Source: Euprymna scolopes
Taxonomy: Eukaryota
Direction: 5' to 3' (one strand)
DNA length: 64,000 bases
Assembly (NCBI GenBank): GCA_053919585.1
Contig: CM132827.1
Shown: one piece after another, positions 56,559 through 64,000 of the stretch
How positions within the stretch are numbered: the stretch's first letter is position 1
Layout of the letters: every line of letters begins with the position of its first letter
Translations under genes and position numbers: made by a program
The notes under the pieces: generated by a model
Told to the model about the DNA's origin: nothing
Databases searched by the model: none
The model's input: only the letters and a program-made list of their open reading frames with translations

Positions 56559-59037
56559 TTATTCAGTGTCACAGACGGGTCTGAAATCCTTGGCAGTGAG
56601 GACGTGGCAGGCCTGGCCGAGGCTGCCGGTAAGTAGGTCTGATGAGGGTACTCCGTCCTTGACCACACCCCCCACGTCCAGGGGAAAGGTTAGTTTAAGT
56701 GCCCTGTAGAAAGAGGGGTGGATGTACACGGGGACTCTGCCCTCACATTTGTAGAAAAAATTGTTCAATGAAGGATGGTCCCTATCCACCAGCTGCTGGC
56801 CCGGGATTGCATCCTTCGCTGCATCTATCATAGCTTTCACAGTCTCTTGATGGGGTGATTTATCACAGGATGGGGGGTATATAGTTTTTGGGGGCCTTGG
56901 GGAGGGAGGGGGAGAATTGTTCGGGCTGCTGGGGTGGTGGGATGACGGCGGGATCAGCCTGTGTTTTGTTGGAAGTGTCTTCCTCAGTAGGGGTAGGGGG
57001 GTTAGCTCGCATCTTCTGGCTTTTCCTCCTCCTGGCCCTCCTGATCTCTGACGCGCTCAGTGTTGCTGTTGCTGGTGATTCCTCCTCTTCCTCTGATGCG
57101 ACCTCCTACTCAGACTCTTGTAACTTCCTCTTGTTTGAGGAGGAGGGTGCTTGCGTGTCCATGTTTTCCTTGCCTTCTTGCTTGTTTTCTGGCTGGTCTC
57201 TGGTCACTGTTGGAGGGGGTGGTTTTTTAGCTGTCTTCCCTTTTTTAGTGACCGTCGACCAACCTTCCTGTGCTTCTTGGAGGCTTATGGCCAGCGCGGG
57301 TGTGGAGACTTATGGTGTAGTTTTGACTGGCCCTGCAACTTTGCTTTGTGTTTTTGTTGGGTTCTTGTTTGCACTCTTTTTCGGGCAGTCTTTGGCCATG
57401 TGGCCTTGTAGTTTGCAATGCCAGCAATGGGGCTTCCTTCCCTCCACTATTAGGGAGAGCGTCCACTCCCCGAATTTCAAGGTGGTCGGAATGCTGTAGA
57501 ATCCCGCTTTTTCCAAGACCATCTGGATTTTATTGTCCCCAGTCATGATGTTTCTTAGACCGCGGACTGGCGTGACTTCCTCCACGTCCCCGTATTGACT
57601 GAGGATGGCCCCCAGTTGTTGGGCTTCCATATAGCAGGGGACGTTCAGAGCAGAAACATTTGCCCTCCTCCTGTTCGTGTAAATGGGCTGTAGCTTTATG
57701 TTTCTGCTCTGGTGACTGGTCCTGGACAGCTTGATTGCATGTTCGGGGGTGGGAAGCAGAACATCCCACTGCGCATAGCTTCTTCTGCAGATGTAGTTGG
57801 CCGGGATGTTCTGCTCCAGCAGCACGTTTACCATCGTGTCTTTGTTGACACCCGTGAGGCTCCTCGTCTGGACATCGGATGTAATCAGTGACAGGACCCT
57901 CTTCTGTAAGCCCTCGACCTGTCCTGGAAGGGGTTGGATGTCATTCCCCTTGGTGTACTCCTTGTACGTGGAGTCGAACAGCTTTCGATAGTCCTCGGGT
58001 GTCGACTTACTCTGCTGCTCTTTGGGGCCCCATGCTGATCCACCGTCCTGTTGGGAGTCTGCTGGTCCAGGGACGTAGCTGGCACCTCTCTGCTAACTGC
58101 CGTTGTGGGAGTTGCTGGCTCGGGGGTCTGACCTTTACCAGTCAGAGTTGGCCAATCCGCGTTGGATATTGCATGCTGGCTTTCTCTGCTTTCCGGATCA
58201 TTCTCCTTTCTCTTTTTCTTCCTTAGCTGCTGGGTGGCTATCTCTTGGGGAGTAGGTGGTGTCTCCCCTCCTGGGTTTATATTCCCAGCTGCTGGCGTTG
58301 GCGTAGCAGGTGCTGTAGTCCGGGGAGCCGTTCCCACCAGTGTGGTTTGGTTGCTACTGGTTGGCTTCTTGTTCTCTTCCTGGGCTTCCTTTTCCTCGTT
58401 CTTGCCCTCTTGGGGAGTACTGGAGGGCGGAACGCTGATCTCTTCATCAAAAAGTGATTGCAGAGAGGCTATTGTGGCATTAAATAGCTCCTCGGTTTTG
58501 TCGTCGGAGCCTTTTTCCACATCCTCTGCTGCAACTGGGGAGTGGGGGATTGATTTCCCGCCTTACTTCCCGTGGGATTGGTGTCCAGGAGTGCAGTTGG
58601 TGTAGCTCCTTCTGCATTCTCCTCGACTGCAGTTCTTGCGGCTGCATTTTTCGCCGAGTCGCCCTCGTGGGGAGTAGTTGTAGGTGGTATTCCGGGGGTC
58701 GTCGCGGGCTGCGGCCCTACCCCTCCCTTCTGTCCCAAGGTCGCCGCGGGCTGCGGCCCTATCTTGCTTGCAGGTTCCGTGTCGTCGGAAGGTGCACTTG
58801 CTCCCTCACATGGGGAGTCCTCTGCGAGGGGTGGTGTTGCACATTTGGGGTGATGTACCCCTCCTGCCTGGCATCGTGGTGGCAGCACTGGCCGCTGACG
58901 TAGACCAAAGTGTAGCGGGGAGAAAAGAAAACCCAGGGGAACAGAGGGGCTGGAGGGGGAGGAGCGGGCTCAGAAGAGATTAGTGTTTTTGACTTCCCCT
59001 CACGGGGATGTCGGGTTAGCAGCTCGAATCCCCCCAC
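56559..59037 (-). pseudogene. LINE ORF1 (low-complexity N-terminus, RRM-like domain, CCHC zinc knuckle), disrupted; start position uncertain
   Basis: Fragments at 58469-58888, 57885-58520, 57310-57834 and 56559-56840. Contains the knuckle CWHCKLQGHMAKDC and NVP..LGAILSQYGDVEEV, typical of Tx1/L1 ORF1p. Its TAA ends 11 nt before the ORF2 ATG. Confidence 0.85.
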
Positions 59038-59595
59038 GAGGGGGGAGGGCAGAGAAGAAAGACGAAGTGGGTGCTAGTGGGTCAGAGTGCTGTGGCGCAA
59101 TTAAGAGAGAGACGGGATAGACATCTCTGCCCACAGAGGGGAGCAGAAACGAAGTACCCGCCCTACCCCCACGTCACCCTACCCACTAACTACCCAACGG
59201 AAGCGAGAAAGAGAACCCTGTCTGCTCGATCCAACGGGAGAGCAGCGAAAATAGACTCAGTTTTGGCCTGGCAGGTCAGAGTGCTGCTCAGGCAATTAAG
59301 TGGTGAGAAAGTAGACGATCCCCTGTCTCTAGAGGGAAGAGACCGGAACGAAGAAAAACATGCAAAAAACAACAAAGGCAGGTCTCAACTACCAGCTAGT
59401 GGTGTTGGTCCCGAGATTCCAGTCTCCCAAAAGAGGGGATCGGTTTTCGGGTCCAAGCTCCCACAAATGTGGAGTCGGTCCTTTAGGTCCTGACTCCCCA
59501 AAGGAGGGGGTCGGTCCTTGCTAACAAAAGTTAGTATGAAAAAACACCTTAACTTAGCCCGAAAGCCCGGTGGTGGATCAAATTTCGTAGCTGAG

Positions 59596-59645
59596 AGAAC
59601 AGATACTACACTTTGATCTTGGCCAAAAGGCCAAAAAGAACAAAT
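59596..59645 (-). pseudogene. U2 snRNA 5' fragment (nt ~1-47) directly upstream of the LINE
   Basis: Minus strand GGCCTTTTGGCCAAGATCAAAGTGTAGTATCTGTTCT matches U2 nt 11-47 at 36/37 positions (stem I plus the GUAGUA branch-recognition sequence). The first 10 nt are degenerate. Confidence 0.9.
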
Positions 59646-60290
59646 CATTTTTATTAGCTTTACCTCAACAGCGACACCAAATTGTTTCATTGTTTTTTTT
59701 TTTTTTTTTTGGAATTTCATAACAATTAAACGACCCGGATGTAACACACAAAAGAACACACGCTAGATAACTCTCAAATCTATAAATGTGTGTGTTTATG
59801 TATATTTTATATTTTACTAATTATCAAGTTTATATAATTTAAAAACCGTTTATTGATCTAACCTTTGCTTAGCTATAAATCTTATTTCATTGCATGTATA
59901 ATATATTACGTGGTGGGTTTTATTTTTGAAGATGACGTATGTATTATTCTTTTGGTGTTGACTGTTCGTATTAGGAAGTGTCTTAGAATGATAGAGACAG
60001 TCTTAGGAGTGTTCATGTGTTGAGTGTTCATATATCTTAGAATGTTCATGTTTGTGGAGATAGCATATTGGAGACATAAACAGGGTATATATAAAGAGAG
60101 AGGCAGTTTTGTATATATAAAATAGACAGTGTACATGTTACTTACAAGAGAACCAAGCCTGTAATTTAACTAGAAGTGATTTATGAATATCTTTATAGAT
60201 TGACCGAGAGTGCGTTTGACATTTACATTTTATAGTTGTACATTTTTATAAGCAGAAAGTTCATATTACATAAATGGACAATACCTTTTC

Positions 60291-60639
60291 TGTTGAATAA
60301 CAACACGAAGACGCAGATACAAAACCACATGATGATACGTTTATTTCTTCTTCGACCGGTCGGACATGATTTTGTATTTCAGGGATTCAAAGTTGTTACA
60401 TGCTTCCAGAGGGTGCCTTGACTCTAACCGAGAATCGGTCTGAACCTCTCTGCTTCTCTGATCTGACTAATCTCGCTTCTCCTCCGACTAACTTCGAACT
60501 CTTTCCTATATTCAGAAATCACACGTATGTTTGGCCAATGTGACTACAACTCACGTGTTTAAGCATGCATTGTTATCCACATGTTTCTTACAAAGCTGAC
60601 CCTCTAACCTAATTTTCATAACTCACTTCACAAATAACA
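60291..60639 (-). mobile_element. Solo LTR (349 bp) of an LTR retrotransposon
   Basis: TGTT...AACA termini with a 5-bp TSD TTTTC at 60286-60290 and 60640-60644. AATAAA lies on the minus strand ~50 nt before the end, and GC is higher than in the flanks. Confidence 0.7.
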
Positions 60640-61651
60640 TTTTCCATTGTCCGTTTTTAAATTCCTTATTTTATTTTTCATTTTTATAACAAAAACAAAT
60701 TTCATCATTACATTCCTTTTTTTAATAAACAGATATCTAAAGTGTGAGCTAAACAATGGCAATTCCACATTCCTTATTTTCAATAACATTCTGTATTTAT
60801 TTTAACTTATGATTGGAATTCTCAATTCCAAATCTAGCTTCGCAAGTTCGAATCCTAGCCTATCCTATTTCATATTTACTCACTTACAAGAACAGGCTTC
60901 TGTTATTGTAACAAATATTTATATTTTGCATTACAGAGGTTAAGTTTTTGTATTTAACATGTAAAGCTAAGGAAAGGACAGCTATTGCTATGTAATATAG
61001 ATAGCTGTAAATCTAAGTACAAACTGTAGTTAGTAAGTATCTACTTGGATAAGAATAAACTGATGCATGCCTTAGAGGTAGAAATGTATAGATGTTTAGT
61101 GATAATAACTTCCAATCGGTCAGCATGCGAAGGTTAAGGGCTGAAAGCTAAGGACCCCACTTTAAGGCGTGTGTAATGTATGAGTGTTAGTGGCAGCTTA
61201 GGGATTAGAGCAGATTGTTAGTTTTCAGGAGAGGATTAAACTTACAGAATACAGTAGAATTAATTATTAGAATTTAGAGTTTCAAGTAAAGTTTAGTTAG
61301 AGAAAAAAAATTTTTTTTTAATTTAACATGCAAATCAGACAGAGACAGTCGTCTTGGAGGTAAAGCATATATTGGATATACGTAGCAATCCAGCAGGTGT
61401 GTTTGTACCGTAATGAGAGAAACTATTAGTACATGGCGCATCGGCATTCATAGTTAAATACAGTCAATTAGGTCAGGCACAAAACATTGTGTATCTATTC
61501 AGTAATAGTCCTAGCGACGTAGCATTTCAGGTACAAATATAATTGAAAGTAAGACAAACTATATTCAGCGGTTTGATATAGCTAGCAAGGAAGCAACATT
61601 TTCAATACAAGGGAACTTATAGTAATAGTAGATATTAAGTATATTACTTAA

Positions 61652-61728
61652 ATAAAGTCCTATCTTTTAATGAAAGAGAAAATAAATCCCAGTTTGTGGT
61701 AAATTCTGGAATTTATTTTACCAGCCTT
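61652..61728 (+). repeat. ~77-bp direct repeat, copy 1 (copy 2 at 63320-63398)
   Basis: ATAAAGTCCTATCTT...GAGAAAATAAATC...GTTTGTGGTAAATTCTGGAATTTA is shared by both copies. Confidence 0.85.
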
Positions 61729-62070
61729 TTTTTTATTGCTAGTTTACTTGGAATATAGCAGGGGGTGAAACAGTGTTTTGCCATACGAGGGAAGGTGACG
61801 AATTTCATCTTGCAAAACAAAAAAAAAAAAAATAAAGACACAAATAAATATAAATAAATAAAACAAGAGAAAAACAATTAAACGAGGCAGCATGAAATGC
61901 ATTTGTTAGGCATTAAGATGAATTTCAAAAATTAGTACTTAACGTTTTAGGCACAATGGTTCGGAGCCCGTTTTGCTTGGCCGAATGAGAATTTAACCAT
62001 GTTTTTTAGAGGTGGAAGGAATTTCTATTTTCTTATATTTTGTGCACGTATACCTATCTATTTATAGAAG

Positions 62071-63293
62071 AATATTCATTACGTTGATGCGTGTAAATAT
62101 GTTACTCTATTCGTTACGTTCATGCGTGTAAATATGTTACTATATTCGTTACGTTCATGCGTGTAAATATGTTACTATATTCGTTACGTCCATGCGTGTA
62201 AATATGTTACTCTATTCGTTACGTTCATGCGTGTAAATATATTACTATATTCGTTACGTTCATGCGTGTAAATATGTTACTATATTCGTTACGTTCATGC
62301 GTGTAAATATGTTACTATATTCGTTACGTCCATGCATGTAAATATGTTACTATATTCGTTACGTTCATGCGTGTAAATATGTTACTATATTCGTTACGTT
62401 CATGCGTGTAAATATATTACTATATTCGTTACGTTCATGCGTGTAAATATGTTACTATATTCGTTACGTCCATGCATGTAAATATATTACTATATTCGTT
62501 ACGTTCATGCGTGTAAATATGTTACTATATTCGTTACGTTCATGCGTGTAAATATGTTACTATATTCGTTACGTCCATGCGTGTAAATATGTTACTCTAT
62601 TCGTTACGTTCATGCGTGTAAATATATTACTATATTCGTTACGTTCATGCGTGTAAATATGTTACTATATTCGTTACGTTCATGCATGTAAATATGTTAC
62701 TATATTCGTTACGTTCATGCGTGTAAATATGTTACTCTATTCGTTACGTTCATGCGTGTAAATATATTACTATATTCGTTACGTTCATGCGTATAAATAT
62801 GTTACTATATTCGTTACGTTCATGCATGTAAATATGTTACTCTATTCGTTACGTTCATGCGTGTAAATATGTTACTATATTCGTTACGTTCATGCGTGTA
62901 AATATGTTACTATATTCGTTACGTTCATGCGTGTAAATATGTTACTATATTCGTAACGTTCATGCATGTAAATATGTTACTATATTCGTTACGTTCATGC
63001 GTGTAAATATGTTACTCTATTCGTTACGTCCATGCGTGTAAATATGTTACTATATTCGTTACGTTCATGCATGTAAATATGTTACTATATTCGTTACGTT
63101 CATGCGTGTAAATATGTTACTCTATTCGTTACGTTCATGCGTGTAAATATGTTACTATATTCGTTACGTTCATGCGTGTAAATATATTACTATATTCGTT
63201 ACGTTCATGCGTGTAAATATGTTACTATATTCGTTACGTTCATGCGTGTAAATATGTTACTATATTCGTTACGTTCATGCGTGTAAATATGTT
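62071..63293. repeat. 35-bp homogeneous minisatellite, ~35 copies
   Basis: Unit TATATTCGTTACGTTCATGCGTGTAAATATGTTAC at 62141, 62176, 62211 and onward. Confidence 0.98.
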
Positions 63294-63319
63294 GATTTCA
63301 TTTACTTTTTTGTGTGTAG

Positions 63320-63398
63320 ATAAAGTCCTATCTTCTTATGTAGGAGAAAATAAATCTCGGTTTGTGGTAAATTCTGGAATTTACTTTGCCAGGCTTTT
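63320..63398 (+). repeat. ~77-bp direct repeat, copy 2
   Basis: Matches 61652-61728 with scattered substitutions. Confidence 0.85.
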
Positions 63399-64000
63399 CC
63401 TGTGATATTCCAAAAATGTATGCATTCCAAATTAGCTTTGTGTATTGCTAATGGTTTTATGACCATGGCTTAATAAAGGAAAAATAAAATAAAAATCACT
63501 TTATAAAGAGTAAGATATGTTATATATTACAGGATGTTTTGGTTTATTACTAGGTAATAAGTTTGGTATACATCTGATTCAATAGCACTGGTACACATTT
63601 GGGAGTTATTCCATTATTAATTTGCTTTGAGAAGGTTATACAGACCAAAACCTCGACTTGTCAATGTAAAAAGAAAAAAAAGTGAAGCATTGTTAGAATT
63701 ATTTGTACTCAAACTTTGTAAGGTAATTTGCATAAAGCCACTTATGCAAATTACCCACTATTACTTGGAGTTGCTTGCAACAATAAAAAAGAAAAAAAAA
63801 AAGATTAACAGCGAGCACTTCTCAGAAATTACTCTCTTTTTCTGCAACAAACAGAAACTCCTCCAGAACAACTGTTTTGGAAACTTTAAACCTTTACTTG
63901 TAAATATACGTTATTTTAAATACAAGAATTTTATTGTGTTATTCTTTCTCAAAATTAACCAAGTTGTTCGGATAACAAGGAACCAAGAAAAGAGAGGCGC

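Larger units (their letters stand above)
52307..59595 (-). mobile_element. Full-length, inactivated Tx1-clade (L1 group) non-LTR retrotransposon, Keno-like (inserted in U2-derived sequence), ~7.3 kb
   Basis: ORF1 has a CCHC knuckle and ORF2 has APE, RT and a C-terminal Zn motif. The 3' end reads AATAAA-ATATATAAA. It is flanked by a 26-bp direct repeat at 52281-52306 and 59596-59621 (25/26 identical). Confidence 0.88.

Noticed and set aside
53113-59493. Many plus-strand ORFs within the LINE
   Set aside because: They are antisense shadows of GC-rich ORF1/ORF2 with no independent motifs.
59596-59645. Functional U2 snRNA gene
   Set aside because: Clear identity stops at nt ~47-53, the first 10 nt are degenerate, the sequence is interrupted by the LINE, and I could not recognise a PSE.
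60846-60855. GTTCGAATCC B-box suggesting a tRNA or SINE
   Set aside because: No A-box or cloverleaf is evident nearby. At most it is a decayed remnant.

Overview
Repeat-dominated eukaryotic DNA, probably from an invertebrate animal, with no intact host gene. Bases 1-44583 are one very homogeneous 95-bp satellite array (~469 monomers, open at the left edge). It contains nested block duplications of 11-43 monomers and ends abruptly. Bases 44.8-52.1 kb are a patchwork of unrelated degenerate tandem arrays (~140, ~155, 45, ~120, ~160, ~87 and 35 bp units), punctuated by Helitron-type hairpin+CTAG ends. Bases 52307-59595 are a full-length but mutated Tx1-clade (L1 group) non-LTR retrotransposon on the minus strand, with a CCHC ORF1 and an APE-RT-zinc finger ORF2. 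It is flanked by a 26-bp direct repeat that matches U2 snRNA nt ~22-47, so it appears to have inserted into U2-derived sequence (Keno-like). The most interesting signal is the target itself: it looks like one of two inverted ~200-nt structured elements with a U2-derived head and a shared tail, and both heads appear to be split by insertions. The right end holds a solo LTR with a 5-bp TSD and a 35-bp minisatellite. U2 comparisons use the remembered metazoan U2 sequence and need database confirmation.
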